This document shows positions 38,055 to 49,842 of a stretch of DNA of 64,000 nt, in pieces. A model generated the notes under the pieces. The model saw only the letters and a list, made by a program, of their open reading frames with translations. It had not been told where the DNA came from and searched no databases. Both the position numbers and the translations under genes were made by a program. The DNA is from Microthrixaceae bacterium (GTDB lineage Bacteria; Actinomycetota; Acidimicrobiia; Acidimicrobiales; Poriferisodalaceae). How positions within the stretch are numbered: the stretch's first letter is position 1; every line of letters starts with the position of its first letter. The stretch covers positions 96,834 to 160,833 of the forward strand of contig WTFX01000026.1 of NCBI GenBank assembly GCA_011523825.1, in the 5' to 3' direction.

Positions 38055-38150
38055 GCTGGCGAAGTTAGCTGACGTCCCCGCGATGGCTGGGAGCCTCGAA
38101 CGCCAGCGGCGCCCGCAGGCTCACGATGCCGTGACGGGGCGGTGAGTGAT

Positions 38151-38582
38151 TCAGCCGTAGAGCTTGCGATTCGCCTTGCGCAGGCGACCGGCCAGCTCAG
38201 ACAGCAGCTTGTGGGCCACCGACGGGGTGCTGTCGATGATGCCTTTCAGCTCCCGCCGCGACAGCATGATCGTCTCCATGTCGGTGGCAGCCACCACCGA
38301 CGCGGTGCGCGGGCCGTCGTCGAAGAGCGCCATCTCGCCGATGGACTCGCCCGGCCCGATCTCGGCGACCTTGCGCCCGTTGCGCCGGACGACCGCTGTG
38401 CCGTGCACGATCACGAAGGCGTAGCCGGCCATCGCACCGCCGCTGCCCTCCTCCACGATGTTGTCGCCGGCCGTGAAATCGACCTGCTCGGCCTTGCGCG
38501 CGATGTGCTGGAGTTCCTTCTTGCTGCAGTCGGAGAACAGATCAACTTCACGAAGACTCTCCGCACGATTCGCTACCGACAT
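38151..38582 (-). CDS. Stand-alone cyclic-nucleotide-binding domain protein
   Basis: Contains LFSDCSKKELQHIARKAEQVDFTAGDNIVEEG...GPGESIGEMALFDDGPRTASVVA. ATG 38582 is preceded by AAGGAG. The track ORF to 38789 is over-extended. Confidence 0.8.
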   Translation of the reverse strand: MSVANRAESLREVDLFSDCSKKELQHIARKAEQVDFTAGDNIVEEGSGGAMAGYAFVIVHGTAVVRRNGRKVAEIGPGESIGEMALFDDGPRTASVVAATDMETIMLSRRELKGIIDSTPSVAHKLLSELAGRLRKANRKLYG

Positions 38583-38788
38583 ATCCCGCTCCTTGCCGCC
38601 GTGGCCTATTGCGCCGGGGCTGGCTGGCCCACAAGCGCCGGACCGTAGCATGCGCCCGGCCCCCAAGACGCGCCAGAGACTAGCGCCCGCCGCCCATTCA
38701 GCGGGCAAGTTGCGTGCAATCGGCCCGACGGCGTGCGACGCTAAGGAGGCTGAGTCGGGAGGGCGCAATGGTTGAGGCGTCAGTTGCA

Positions 38789-39121
38789 ATGGTGACAGCG
38801 GTCATCAAGCCACACCGACTCGAGATGGTGCTGGAGGCGCTGCGGGATCTCGACATCACCGGGCTGACCGCGTCGGAGGTACGGGGATTCGGCCGTCAGG
38901 GCGGCCACACCGAGACCTACCGGGGCACCGAGTACCACGTGGACTTCATTCCGAAAGTCCGCATCGAGGTGCTGGTCGCGACCGAGCTGGCTGAGCGGGT
39001 GGTGGATGCCATTGTCGAATCCACCCGTACCGAGCGCATCGGCGACGGCAAGGTGTGGGTCACCTCCGTCAACAGCGTTGTGCGCATCCGCACCGGCGAG
39101 CGCGGCATCGACGCCCTCTAG
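38789..39121 (+). CDS. glnB: Nitrogen regulatory protein P-II (orphan, no amtB or glnD adjacent)
   Basis: Begins MVTAVIKPHRLEMVLEAL...EVRGFGRQGGHTETYRGTEYHVDFIPKVRIEV...IGDGKVWV.... The T-loop Tyr is conserved. Confidence 0.88.
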   Translation: MVTAVIKPHRLEMVLEALRDLDITGLTASEVRGFGRQGGHTETYRGTEYHVDFIPKVRIEVLVATELAERVVDAIVESTRTERIGDGKVWVTSVNSVVRIRTGERGIDAL

Positions 39122-39128
39122 GCGCTGC

Positions 39129-39851
39129 TCAGCGGAGGTAGCGGTCCTCCACTGGGCACTGCGCGGCGACTCGCAAGTTGCTGTCGAGCTCGTAGACGAG
39201 CGGTATCCCGGTGGGGATGTTGAGCTCGGCGATCTCGCTGTCGCCGATGCCGTCCAGATGCTTCACGAGCGCGCGCAGGCTGTTGCCGTGAGCCGCAACC
39301 AGGACGGTGCACCCCGACTGAAGATGGGGCGCTATGCCGTCATCCCAGTAGGGCAGCAGCCTCGTCACGACGTCGGCGAGACACTCAGTGCGGGGCACGG
39401 TGCCCGCTGCGAGGTCGGCATAGCGTGGATCGCCGGCGACGTCGAACTCATGATCAGGGGGCATCGGCGGGGGCGGTACGTCATAGCTGCGACGCCAGAG
39501 ATGGACCTGGTCGGCGCCGTGCCGTTCGGCCATCTCGGCCTTGTTCAGACCGGTGAGCGCTCCGTAGTGCCGTTCGTTGAGACGCCAGTGCCGCCGTACC
39601 GGCAGCCAGCTTCGGCCCATCGCGTCAAGCGTCGTGTTGGCGGTCTGGATGGCACGCCGAAGGAGCGAGGTGTGCACGACGTCGGGTTCGATGCCCGCCG
39701 CTAGGAGGGCGTCGCCGGCGGCTTGGGCTTCCGCCTGCCCGTCTTCAGTCAGGCCGACGTCCCACCAGCCGGTGAAGCGGTTCTCGAGATTCCAGGCGCT
39801 CTGGCCGTGGCGCAGGAGCACGAGGGTGTGCGACTCGCTGGCCGGTGACAT
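39129..39851 (-). CDS. gpmA: 2,3-bisphosphoglycerate-dependent phosphoglycerate mutase
   Basis: Contains [23 protein letters not shown]...[14 protein letters not shown]...[13 protein letters not shown]. The start is set at ATG 39851. Confidence 0.9.
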   Translation of the reverse strand: MSPASESHTLVLLRHGQSAWNLENRFTGWWDVGLTEDGQAEAQAAGDALLAAGIEPDVVHTSLLRRAIQTANTTLDAMGRSWLPVRRHWRLNERHYGALTGLNKAEMAERHGADQVHLWRRSYDVPPPPMPPDHEFDVAGDPRYADLAAGTVPRTECLADVVTRLLPYWDDGIAPHLQSGCTVLVAAHGNSLRALVKHLDGIGDSEIAELNIPTGIPLVYELDSNLRVAAQCPVEDRYLR

Positions 39852-40026
39852 GGGCGTGCACGGTAGCCCGCGGCGAAGGGCGGCAGGACGCTCTTTCGGC
39901 GCCGTCGCCGGTAGCATCACTTAGAGAAGTTGCTAACAATGCACTCAACTTATATGCTTATATCTACTACCAATCCGCATTCTTGGCCGGTTCGGGCTGG
40001 GATGCCCCGCAAGGAAAGGCACAGCG

Positions 40027-41844
40027 ATGCCCAAGGCTGTCGGAATTGACCTCGGAACCACGAACTCGGTGGTGGCTGCGATGGAGGGCGGCGAGCCCGC
40101 CGTCATTGCCAACGCCGAAGGCGACCGCACAACCCCGTCGGTGGTGGCCTTCGCCCGCAACGGCGAGGTGTTGACCGGCGAGGTCGCCAAGCGGCAGGCG
40201 GTCACCAATCCCGACCGGACCATTGCCTCGGTCAAGCGGCACATGGGCACCACCTGGGGCAAGTCCATCGACGACAAGAACTACACGCCGCAGGAGATTT
40301 CGGCTCGAGTGCTGCAGAAGCTGAAGCTCGACGCCGAGCAGTACCTCGGCGACACGGTGACGGAGGCGGTCATCACCGTGCCGGCGTACTTCGACGACGC
40401 ACAGCGGACTGCCACAACCGAGGCGGGCAAGATCGCCGGCCTTGAGGTGCTGCGCATCATCAACGAGCCCACGGCCGCTGCGCTGGCGTACGGCCTCGAC
40501 AAGGAAACCGAAGACCAGACGATCCTGGTGTTCGACCTCGGCGGCGGCACCTTCGACGTGTCAGTGCTCGAGATCGGCGACGGCGTCTTCGAGGTGAAGT
40601 CCACCGCCGGCGACACCCACCTCGGCGGTGACGACTGGGACGCGGCGGTCGTCGCGTGGCTGGTGGCGTCGTTCAAGGGCGACCATGGAGTCGACCTGAG
40701 CACCGATGCGATGGCCTGCCAGCGTTTGCGGGAGGCGGCCGAGCAGGCCAAAAAGGACCTGTCGTCCAAGCAGACCACCCAGATCAACCTGCCGTTCATC
40801 ACGGCAACCGACAGCGGTCCTCTCCACCTCGACTATGAGCTGAGCCGGTCCAAGTTCGAGGAGCTGACGTTCGACCTGCTGAAGCGCTGCAGGTCTCCCT
40901 TCGAACAGGCCATCAACGACGCGGGCCTGGCGAAAGTCGACATCGATCACGTGATCCTGGTGGGCGGCTCCACGCGCATGCCGGCCGTGCAGAAGCTGGT
41001 GACCGAGCTCACGGGCCGTGAGCCTCACAAGGGCGTGAATCCCGACGAGGTGGTCTCGGTGGGTGCCGCCATCCAGGCCGGCGTGCTCAAGGGCGACGTC
41101 ACCGATGTGTTGCTGCTGGACGTCACACCGCTCAGCTTGGGCATCGAGACCAAGGGCGGCGTGATGACGCGCCTCATCGATCGCAACACCACGATCCCGA
41201 CGCGCCGGTCGGAGATGTTCACCACTGCTGAGGACGGTCAGCCGTCAGTGGAGATCCACGTGCTGCAGGGCGAGCGGGAAATGGCGGCCGGCAACAAGAC
41301 GCTGGGCAAGTTCCAGCTGGTCGGCCTGCCGCCGGCGCCGCGCGGCGTCCCGCAGATCGAAGTGGCGTTCGACATCGATGCGAACGGCATCGTCCACGTG
41401 TCCGCGAAGGACAGCGCGACGAGCAAGGAGCAGTCGATCACCATCACCGGGCAATCGGCGATGTCTCCCGAGGAGATCGAGCGCATGGTGTCCGATGCTG
41501 AGGCGCACGCCGCAGAGGATGCCCGCCGGCGCGAAGAGGCCGAGATCCGCAACAACGCGGACACGCTCGTGTACCAGACCCGCAAGCTGCTCGATGAGCA
41601 GGGCGACAACGTCTCGGCCGACGACAAGGAGCCCGTGGAGTCTGCGGTGGCTGCTGCGAGCGAGGCACTCGAGAGCGACGATCTCGACGCCATCCGCTCG
41701 GCCACCGAGGCGCTTGCCGCCGCCAGCAGCGCGTTCAGCCAGAAGCTGTACGAGTCTGCGGCCGCGAACACCGCAGCGGATGCCGAGGGCGCCAGTGCTG
41801 ACGACGATGTCGTCGACGCGGAGATCGTGGACGAGGAGAAGTGA
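40027..41844 (+). CDS. dnaK: Chaperone DnaK (Hsp70)
   Basis: Contains [23 protein letters not shown] and [13 protein letters not shown]. Confidence 0.97.
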   Translation: MPKAVGIDLGTTNSVVAAMEGGEPAVIANAEGDRTTPSVVAFARNGEVLTGEVAKRQAVTNPDRTIASVKRHMGTTWGKSIDDKNYTPQEISARVLQKLKLDAEQYLGDTVTEAVITVPAYFDDAQRTATTEAGKIAGLEVLRIINEPTAAALAYGLDKETEDQTILVFDLGGGTFDVSVLEIGDGVFEVKSTAGDTHLGGDDWDAAVVAWLVASFKGDHGVDLSTDAMACQRLREAAEQAKKDLSSKQTTQINLPFITATDSGPLHLDYELSRSKFEELTFDLLKRCRSPFEQAINDAGLAKVDIDHVILVGGSTRMPAVQKLVTELTGREPHKGVNPDEVVSVGAAIQAGVLKGDVTDVLLLDVTPLSLGIETKGGVMTRLIDRNTTIPTRRSEMFTTAEDGQPSVEIHVLQGEREMAAGNKTLGKFQLVGLPPAPRGVPQIEVAFDIDANGIVHVSAKDSATSKEQSITITGQSAMSPEEIERMVSDAEAHAAEDARRREEAEIRNNADTLVYQTRKLLDEQGDNVSADDKEPVESAVAAASEALESDDLDAIRSATEALAAASSAFSQKLYESAAANTAADAEGASADDDVVDAEIVDEEK

Positions 41845-42377
41845 GCGACACCGAGACCGAGCTCGATGCAGCGGCTGCGGAAGCAGTCGGCGAGAGTCCG
41901 CCAGCTCCCGACGACCCGGCTCCCGATGATCTGGTGGAGCGGGCTGAGCTGCAGTCGCAGCTCGATGCCGTGACGGCCGAACGCGACGACTATCTGGACC
42001 AGCTGCAGCGTCAACGGGCCGAGTTCCAGAACTACCGGAAGCGAGTCGAAGCCGAGCGCCGCCAGCAGGTGTCCGCCGGCGTCAGCCGCTTGGTCGAGTC
42101 GCTGCTGCCGGTGCTTGATGGGTGCGACGCCGCCACTGCCCAGGGACACAGCGAAGTGGCCGCCGTGGGCCAGTCGCTCATGGTCGCCCTGGGCAAGGCG
42201 GGGCTCGAGCGAATCGACTCCGTCGGGGAGCCGTTCGACCCCACCCAGCACGAGGCGGTGACGATCGAGGAAGCACCCGATGACGGCCGTCAGGTCGTGA
42301 CCGCGGAGTTGCGCAGCGGATTCCGTTTCGACGGCCGTGTGCTGCGTGCTGCCATGGTCCAGGTGAGCGCGGGGTAG
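41841..42377 (+). CDS. grpE: Nucleotide exchange factor GrpE
   Basis: It follows dnaK with a GTGA overlap. Contains [17 protein letters not shown] and FDPTQHEAV. Confidence 0.9.
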   Translation: MSDTETELDAAAAEAVGESPPAPDDPAPDDLVERAELQSQLDAVTAERDDYLDQLQRQRAEFQNYRKRVEAERRQQVSAGVSRLVESLLPVLDGCDAATAQGHSEVAAVGQSLMVALGKAGLERIDSVGEPFDPTQHEAVTIEEAPDDGRQVVTAELRSGFRFDGRVLRAAMVQVSAG

Positions 42378-42385
42378 GGGCACCG

Positions 42386-43369
42386 ATGGACCCGCGACGC
42401 GAGTGGTTCGAAACCGACTACTACGCGGCGTTGGGTGTCTCACCCGACGCGTCGGACAAGGACATCACCAAGGCGTACCGGAAGCTCGCGCGCAAGCACC
42501 ATCCGGATTCGAGCGCCGGCGATGAGGAACGTTTCAAGCAAATCTCTGCGGCGTACGACGTCATCGGCGACTCCGAAAAGCGCGCGGCGTATGACGAGGC
42601 GCGCCGCTTGGGGCCCGCCGGCTTCGGCCCGCAGACGGGCGGATTCGCGTCGGGCCCGGGCGGCTTCAGCATCCGCGTCGAGGATCTCGGCGACCTGGGC
42701 GGCATCTTCGGCAGCCTCTTCGGTGACGCCCGGGGGCGGGCCGGCCGCAGCGGGCCCATGCCGATGCGCGGCCATGATCTCGAAGCCCGGCTTGGTATCT
42801 CATTTCGCGATGCGGTCTCCGGAGCGGTCACGGAGGTGGCCGTGCCCGACGCATCGACGGGCGGGATGCGGAGGGTCAAGGTGCGCATTCCCGCCGGGGT
42901 CGACGACGGCGGGCGGATCAGGCTTGCGGGCAAGGGTTCGCCGGGATCGGGCGGAGGACCCAATGGCGATCTGTTCGTACTGGTCGACGTGGCACCGGAT
43001 GCCGATTTCGGCCGTGACGGTCGCAACCTCACCGTCAGCGTGCCGATCACCTTTCCCGAGGCCGTCTTCGGGGCCGATGTCAAGGTGCTGGACTTCGACG
43101 GGAGTTCGGTGACACTGCGCATCCCACAGGGAACCCCGTCGGGCAAGACCTTCCGGGTGCGTGGCCGCGGCGTCACCACCCGCCGCGGCACTGGCGATCT
43201 GCTGGTGAGCGTCGACATCGTTGTGCCGACGAAGCTGTCATCGGCGGAGCGGGCAGCGATCGAGGCGTTGCGCGACGTCACCGACTTCGAGGGTGGGACG
43301 GGCCGCCGCCAGCGTGAGGCCGATCCGGAACCGGCGACATTCGCCGACACCGCAGGAGCACAGCGATAG
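42386..43369 (+). CDS. dnaJ: J-domain co-chaperone without a zinc-finger domain (class B / CbpA-like)
   Basis: The J domain is [31 protein letters not shown], followed by a G/F-rich region and C-terminal substrate-binding repeats. The protein contains no cysteine, so it has no CxxCxGxG repeats. Confidence 0.88.
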   Translation: MDPRREWFETDYYAALGVSPDASDKDITKAYRKLARKHHPDSSAGDEERFKQISAAYDVIGDSEKRAAYDEARRLGPAGFGPQTGGFASGPGGFSIRVEDLGDLGGIFGSLFGDARGRAGRSGPMPMRGHDLEARLGISFRDAVSGAVTEVAVPDASTGGMRRVKVRIPAGVDDGGRIRLAGKGSPGSGGGPNGDLFVLVDVAPDADFGRDGRNLTVSVPITFPEAVFGADVKVLDFDGSSVTLRIPQGTPSGKTFRVRGRGVTTRRGTGDLLVSVDIVVPTKLSSAERAAIEALRDVTDFEGGTGRRQREADPEPATFADTAGAQR

Positions 43370-43399
43370 CAATCAGGGGACGAACCGAGGAACACCGTC

Positions 43400-43831
43400 A
43401 TGAGCGAACAACCAAGGCGAACGCCATCTGCGTCCGAGCGCAACCGGGCGCTCTATGTCATCTCGGTGGCGGCCGAGCTCGCCGGCGTGCATGCTCAAAC
43501 GCTGCGGATCTATGAGCGCAAGGGCTTGCTGGCTCCCGCACGCACCTCCGGCGGCAGCCGCCGCTACAGCGACCGCGACATCGCCATGCTCAACCGCATC
43601 AGCCAGCTCACCAGCGAGGGCCTCAATCTGGCAGGCGTCAAGCGGGTGATGGAGCTGGAGGAACGCGTGGCGGCACTCGAGCGCAAGTTGGCCGACGTGC
43701 AAGCCGATGCAGCCAACCTGGTGGCTGAGACGCACCGGCAGTACCGGCGCGACTTGGTGCCGCTGCCGCAGACCGATCTCATCCGGCGTCCGGGCGCGGG
43801 GCCCGGAGCAAGGCCGAATCCGCAAGGCTGA
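43400..43831 (+). CDS. hspR: MerR-family heat-shock repressor HspR
   Basis: Contains [43 protein letters not shown]. It occupies the last position of the dnaK operon. Confidence 0.88.
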   Translation: MSEQPRRTPSASERNRALYVISVAAELAGVHAQTLRIYERKGLLAPARTSGGSRRYSDRDIAMLNRISQLTSEGLNLAGVKRVMELEERVAALERKLADVQADAANLVAETHRQYRRDLVPLPQTDLIRRPGAGPGARPNPQG

Positions 43832-43877
43832 GCCGCCCGCCCGACTATTCTCGAATCAATAAATCTAAGTCATCTAT

Positions 43878-43903
43878 TGTCAAGTTTTCTGCTAAACTTG
43901 ACA
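43878..43903. promoter_or_regulatory. Perfect inverted repeat abutting the clpB start codon (candidate operator)
   Basis: TGTCAAGTTT-TCTGCT-AAACTTGACA has 10-bp arms and ends 2 nt before ATG 43906. It lies in an AT-rich region. Confidence 0.5.
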
Positions 43904-43905
43904 TC

Positions 43906-46542
43906 ATGAACAACGACGCAGATCCTCGCAGCCGTCCGCTGCTGTCCAGCCCACTGACCCACAAGTGCCAGGAGGCGCTGGCATCGGCGGCGTCCGCCGC
44001 GCAGAGCCAGGGTCATCCCGAGATCACCCGGGCGCACCTGCTGGCGGCGCTTGTCTCTCAGCCAGAGGGCTTGGTGCTTCCCGTGCTCACACGCGCTGGC
44101 ATCGAGCCGGCTGCCGTGCGTGCGCGCGCACTGGAGGCCCTCGGGCGGCTGCCGCGCGGCTTCAGCACGCAAACTCAGCCACAGCCCGGGCTCGCCCATG
44201 AGCTGGCCGAAGCGCTGCAGGCGGCGGACGCGGAGCGCACCCAGATGGGCGACGACTACCTGTCCACCGAGCACCTGTTGCTGGCGCTCGCTGACGACCT
44301 CGGCGCCGACCGTGACGCGCTGGCGGCTCTGGTCGGCGAGCTGCGCGGCAGCACGCGGGTCACGTCGCCGACTCCGGAGAATTCCTATGACGCACTCGAG
44401 CGATTCGGTCGCGATCTCACGGCCGAGGCTCGCGATGACCAGCTCGATCCCGTCATCGGCCGCGATGACGAGATCCGCCGGATCATCCAGGTGCTGTCAA
44501 GGCGCACCAAGAACAACCCTGTCCTGATCGGCGAGCCAGGCGTGGGGAAGACTGCGATCGTCGAAGGTCTGGCCCGCCGCATCGCCGAGGGTGATGTTCC
44601 CGACGGTCTGCGCGACAAGCGTGTCGTTGCGCTGGACCTGGCTGCCATGGTGGCAGGAGCCAAGTACCGGGGCGAGTTCGAGGAGCGGCTCGAAGCGGTA
44701 CTGGGCGAGATCGCCGAATCCGACGGCGAGATCATCACCTTCCTGGACGAGGTGCACACGCTGGTCGGTGCGGGCGCGGGCGGCGACAGCTCACTCGACG
44801 CCGCCAACATGCTCAAGCCGATGCTGGCGCGCGGGCAGCTTCGACTTGTGGGCGCGACGACGCTCGACGAGTATCGCCGGCATATCGAAGACGACGCTGC
44901 GCTCGAACGGCGTTTCGCGCCCGTCTATGTGGGCGAGCCATCGGTCACCGATGCGGTGGCCATCCTGCGCGGCCTGAAGGAGCGCTACGAGGTCCACCAC
45001 GGCGTGCGCATCACCGACGCAGCGCTGGTCGCCGCGGTCACCCTGTCGGATCGATACCTGCGAGAGCGTTTCCTGCCGGACAAGGCCATCGATCTGATGG
45101 ACGAGGCTGCCAGCCGCCTGCGGATCGAGATCGACTCGGTGCCGCTCGAGATCGATGTGTGCGAACGGCGCATCCGCCAGCTTGAGATCGAGGAGCTGGC
45201 GCTGAGCGGCGAAGAAGCGTCGAATGGATCACCGAATGGGTCCAGCAGCAGTTCCTCCGGGAGCCAGGGGCACGAACACCAGCGACGCGCCGCAATCGCG
45301 GAGGAGTTGGCGTCTGAGCGCGAGCGCGTCGGCGGGCTCAAGGCGCACTGGCAGGCGGAGAAGGCGGCGATCGATCGGATCCGGGCGCTGAAGTCTGAAG
45401 CTGAGACGCTGGCCGCCGCGGTCGAACGGGAGACGGATCTTGAGCGAGCCGCGGAGATCCGCTTCGGTCGATTGCCCGAGGTGCACCGACGGCTCGATGA
45501 GGCAGCCGCCGAGCTGGCACGGCTGCAAGCAGGCAAGCGGATCCTGCGAGAAGAGGTGGACGCACATGACATCGCCGAGGTGGTGTCGCGCTGGACGGGC
45601 ATCGCCACGAGCCGGCTGCTCGAAGGAGAAGTGCACAAGCTGGTGCACCTCGAGGAAACACTGGCGACACGGGTCGTCGGTCAGCAACATGCCGTTGCCG
45701 CTGTCGCCAATGCCATCCGGCGCAGCCGCGCCGGGCTGAGCGAGCCGGATCGGCCCATCGGGAGTTTCCTGTTCCTGGGCCCGACCGGTGTCGGCAAGAC
45801 CGAGCTGGCACGTGCGTTGGCCGAAGCGCTGTTCGACGACGAGCGAGCCATGGTTCGCATCGACATGTCGGAGTATCTGGAACGGCATTCGGTCAGCCGG
45901 CTCATCGGCGCACCTCCCGGGTACATCGGCCATGACGACGGCGGTCAGCTGACCGAGGCAGTCCGCCGCCGGCCGTACTCAGTCGTCCTGCTCGATGAGA
46001 TCGAGAAAGCACACACTGACGTGTTCAACGTGCTGCTGCAGGTGCTTGACGACGGGCGGTTGACGGACGGTCAGGGGCGCACGGTCGACTTCTCCAACGT
46101 CGTGCTCATCATGACGTCGAACCTGGCGGTGGACCCAGCGGAGTTCTTCGCACCGGAGTTCATCAACCGTGTCGACGAGATCCTGCAATTTGACGCCCTC
46201 AGCCGCAGCGACGTGGCTGCAATTGCCGAGCGGCAGCTGGAGATCTTGCGCAACCGTCTTGCCGATCGTGAGATCACGCTGGAGGTGACCTCCGGAGCAG
46301 CAGAGCTGCTCGCCAACCGCGGCTATGACCCCGCCTACGGCGCTCGACCGCTCCGGCGCCTGATCCAGCGTGAGCTGACCGATCCGCTGGCCTCCGGTCT
46401 GCTCGACGGCACGTTCGCCGATGGCGACGCCGTGACCGTGGACAACGTCGACGGTTCGTTCGGCCTCAATACGACGCCGCCGGCGGCGCGCACCGCACCC
46501 AAGCAGTCCGGCGACTTTGCGCCGCTCTCAGAAGCCTCGTGA
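43906..46542 (+). CDS. clpB: ATP-dependent chaperone ClpB
   Basis: It has two AAA+ modules ([15 protein letters not shown] and [17 protein letters not shown]) separated by a long coiled-coil middle domain. Confidence 0.96.
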   Translation: MNNDADPRSRPLLSSPLTHKCQEALASAASAAQSQGHPEITRAHLLAALVSQPEGLVLPVLTRAGIEPAAVRARALEALGRLPRGFSTQTQPQPGLAHELAEALQAADAERTQMGDDYLSTEHLLLALADDLGADRDALAALVGELRGSTRVTSPTPENSYDALERFGRDLTAEARDDQLDPVIGRDDEIRRIIQVLSRRTKNNPVLIGEPGVGKTAIVEGLARRIAEGDVPDGLRDKRVVALDLAAMVAGAKYRGEFEERLEAVLGEIAESDGEIITFLDEVHTLVGAGAGGDSSLDAANMLKPMLARGQLRLVGATTLDEYRRHIEDDAALERRFAPVYVGEPSVTDAVAILRGLKERYEVHHGVRITDAALVAAVTLSDRYLRERFLPDKAIDLMDEAASRLRIEIDSVPLEIDVCERRIRQLEIEELALSGEEASNGSPNGSSSSSSGSQGHEHQRRAAIAEELASERERVGGLKAHWQAEKAAIDRIRALKSEAETLAAAVERETDLERAAEIRFGRLPEVHRRLDEAAAELARLQAGKRILREEVDAHDIAEVVSRWTGIATSRLLEGEVHKLVHLEETLATRVVGQQHAVAAVANAIRRSRAGLSEPDRPIGSFLFLGPTGVGKTELARALAEALFDDERAMVRIDMSEYLERHSVSRLIGAPPGYIGHDDGGQLTEAVRRRPYSVVLLDEIEKAHTDVFNVLLQVLDDGRLTDGQGRTVDFSNVVLIMTSNLAVDPAEFFAPEFINRVDEILQFDALSRSDVAAIAERQLEILRNRLADREITLEVTSGAAELLANRGYDPAYGARPLRRLIQRELTDPLASGLLDGTFADGDAVTVDNVDGSFGLNTTPPAARTAPKQSGDFAPLSEAS

Positions 46543-46651
46543 GCGGCCTTCCGTCCGGCCGCATCACCGGAAATCCGGCGGTCCCGAAGGGGTCTCTCCC
46601 TAGACTGATTTGGTGACGACCAAGGCATCCTGCCGGCTGGCGATCAGCTGA

Positions 46652-47935
<1,284 letters not shown>

Positions 47936-47978
47936 GCTGCGAAGTTTGGGCCCAGTGCAGCGTGACACTGGAGCGTCC

Positions 47979-49250
47979 ATGAAGGTCTGTGTGGTGGGCC
48001 AGGGCGGGCGTGAGCATGCGTTTGCGAGCGCTCTCGCACGAACCGCCGATGTCGTCGTCACGCCGGGCAACCCTGGCATCGACGGCAGCACCTCCGCTGC
48101 TCCAGGCGAGATCGACGCAGACCTGTACGTCATCGGCCCGGAGGGACCGCTGGCTGACGGCCTGGCGGATCGCCTGCGGGCGAGCGGCCGGCTTGTCTTT
48201 GGGCCAGGCGCCGACGGTGCAGCGCTGGAGGGCTCCAAGGCGTGGATGAAGGAAGTCGTCAGCGCCGCCGGTGTGCCCACGGCGGCCTACGCCGCATTTG
48301 ACGGTGACCCCGCAGGCCGCCGTGCAGCGCACGCCTACCTGGAGACGCTGCCGCCGCCCTATGTCGTCAAGACCAGCGGGCTCGCTGCCGGCAAGGGCGT
48401 GCTGGTCACCGACGAGCTGGCCGAAGCTCATGCTGACGTCGACGCCAAGCTGGACGGCACCGCGTTCGGGGATGCCGGCCGCCGCATCGTGATCGAAGAG
48501 GGAATGCGCGGCCCCGAAGTGTCGCTGTTCGCGCTCTGTGATGGCCGTCGCGCTGTGCTGCTGCCCACGGCGGTGCGCGACCACAAGCGCATCGGCGACG
48601 GCGACACGGGGCCGAACACCGGCGGCATGGGCTGCGTGTCGCCGCTGGCCGATGTCGACCGGGCTGCCTGCGTCGAACTGGCCGCGCTGGCATTCGAGCC
48701 GACGCTGACCGAGTTGATCCGGCGAGGCGTCGACTACCGCGGCGTGCTGTATGCGGGTTTCATGCTGACGCCCGACGGCCCCCGCCTGCTGGAGTTCAAC
48801 GTCCGCTTCGGCGATCCCGAGGCCCAGGTCACGCTGCCGCGTGTCGAGAACGATCTCGCGCGGCTCTTGGCAGGTGCCGCAGCGGGTGAGCTGATCGACG
48901 AGGTCGTCGTCTCCGACGATGCCATGGTCTGCGTCGTCTGCGCCGCCGAGGGCTACCCGGCAGCGCCGCGCAGCGGTGACGTCATCGCGGGCCTCGAGCG
49001 TGCGCGAGAAGTTCCCGGCGTCACCGTGTTCTGCGCGGGCGTCGGGGCCGGCGACGGGCGGGAGACTCCATCCGAATCGCTGGTGACCGGGGGCGGCCGG
49101 GTGCTGAATGTGTGCGGCCGCGGGCCCGATGTCTCAGTGGCACGCGACCGCGCCTACGACGCCGTGCGGCAGCTCAGCTGGCCGGGCATGACCTACCGCA
49201 CCGACATCGCGGCGGCCGAGGCTGCAGCCGCCGCCGCGCTCCGCCGATGA
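47979..49250 (+). CDS. purD: Phosphoribosylamine-glycine ligase
   Basis: Begins MKVCVVGQGGREHAFASAL...GSKAWMKEV...KTSGLAAGKGV.... ATG 47979 follows GGAG. The first 120 codons of the track ORF overlap purA. Confidence 0.92.
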   Translation: MKVCVVGQGGREHAFASALARTADVVVTPGNPGIDGSTSAAPGEIDADLYVIGPEGPLADGLADRLRASGRLVFGPGADGAALEGSKAWMKEVVSAAGVPTAAYAAFDGDPAGRRAAHAYLETLPPPYVVKTSGLAAGKGVLVTDELAEAHADVDAKLDGTAFGDAGRRIVIEEGMRGPEVSLFALCDGRRAVLLPTAVRDHKRIGDGDTGPNTGGMGCVSPLADVDRAACVELAALAFEPTLTELIRRGVDYRGVLYAGFMLTPDGPRLLEFNVRFGDPEAQVTLPRVENDLARLLAGAAAGELIDEVVVSDDAMVCVVCAAEGYPAAPRSGDVIAGLERAREVPGVTVFCAGVGAGDGRETPSESLVTGGGRVLNVCGRGPDVSVARDRAYDAVRQLSWPGMTYRTDIAAAEAAAAAALRR

Positions 49251-49353
49251 GAGCGGCGCTGGGCGCCCGCGGGTGCTTCGGACATCGCCCCGTCACCGAC
49301 TCCGGGAGGCGAGACTCAGACGGTACGTCGATGCGTGACAGGGGAATACATCT

Positions 49354-49800
49354 ATGAAGGTCGCGATCTTGATGGGCTCGCCGAACGATGCGTCGAAGAT
49401 GGCGCCCGCCGCCGAGATGCTCGACAGGTTCGACGTCGAGCACGTGACCGAGGTGATGAGCGCCCATCGCACACCTGCAGCGGTGGCGTCGTTCGCGACC
49501 GGAGCACGCGACGCCGGATTCGCCGCGGTCATCTGCGGGGCAGGCATGGCGGCGCACCTGGCCGGCGTAGTGGCTGCGCACACCACCCTGCCGGTGATCG
49601 GCGTGCCGCTCAGCGGCGGCCTCGCCGATGGCCTCGATGCGTTGCTGTCGACGGTGCAGATGCCGAAGGGCATCCCGGTTGCCACCGTTGCCGTGAACGG
49701 CTCGGCAAATGCGGCTGTGCTCGTTGTGGAGATGCTGGCGGTGACAGATGCGGGGCTCGCTGCCCGCCTGGACGAGTTCCGCGCCGGTGGCGCCCGGTGA
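49354..49800 (+). CDS. purE: N5-carboxyaminoimidazole ribonucleotide mutase
   Basis: Contains VAILMGSPNDASKM...SAHRTP...ICGAGMAAHLAGVVAAHTTLPVIGVP. No purK gene is adjacent. Confidence 0.92.
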   Translation: MKVAILMGSPNDASKMAPAAEMLDRFDVEHVTEVMSAHRTPAAVASFATGARDAGFAAVICGAGMAAHLAGVVAAHTTLPVIGVPLSGGLADGLDALLSTVQMPKGIPVATVAVNGSANAAVLVVEMLAVTDAGLAARLDEFRAGGAR

Positions 49801-49842
49801 GGCTGCGTAACGGTGAGGCTGGGTCACGGTGAGACTGGCGTG
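49795..49842. repeat. Three imperfect tandem 16-bp units at the purE stop / purB start junction
   Basis: The three units are CGGTGAGGCTGCGTAA, CGGTGAGGCTGGGTCA and CGGTGAGACTGGCGTG. The purE TGA lies in unit 1, and candidate purB GTG starts lie in unit 2 (49813) and at the end of unit 3 (49840). Confidence 0.8.

Noticed and set aside
36309-38072. A 587-aa ORF on the plus strand, antisense to the HdrD-like gene. Similar long antisense ORFs occur at 1244-2296, 3969-5219, 6685-7782, 23481-24443, 41238-42443, 54750-55907 and 58883-59836.
   Set aside because: These are shadow ORFs, typical of high-GC DNA where stop codons are rare on the opposite strand of real genes. Their translations are low-complexity and rich in R, A, G and P, with no recognisable motifs. 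The opposite-strand genes carry unambiguous conserved motifs.
39921-40026. A CIRCE (HrcA) operator or a full HAIR operator upstream of dnaK.
   Set aside because: GCACTC and TGCTAA fragments are present, but in the wrong order and spacing for TTAGCACTC-N9-GAGTGCTAA. Only one HAIR half-site matches. No hrcA gene is in the window.
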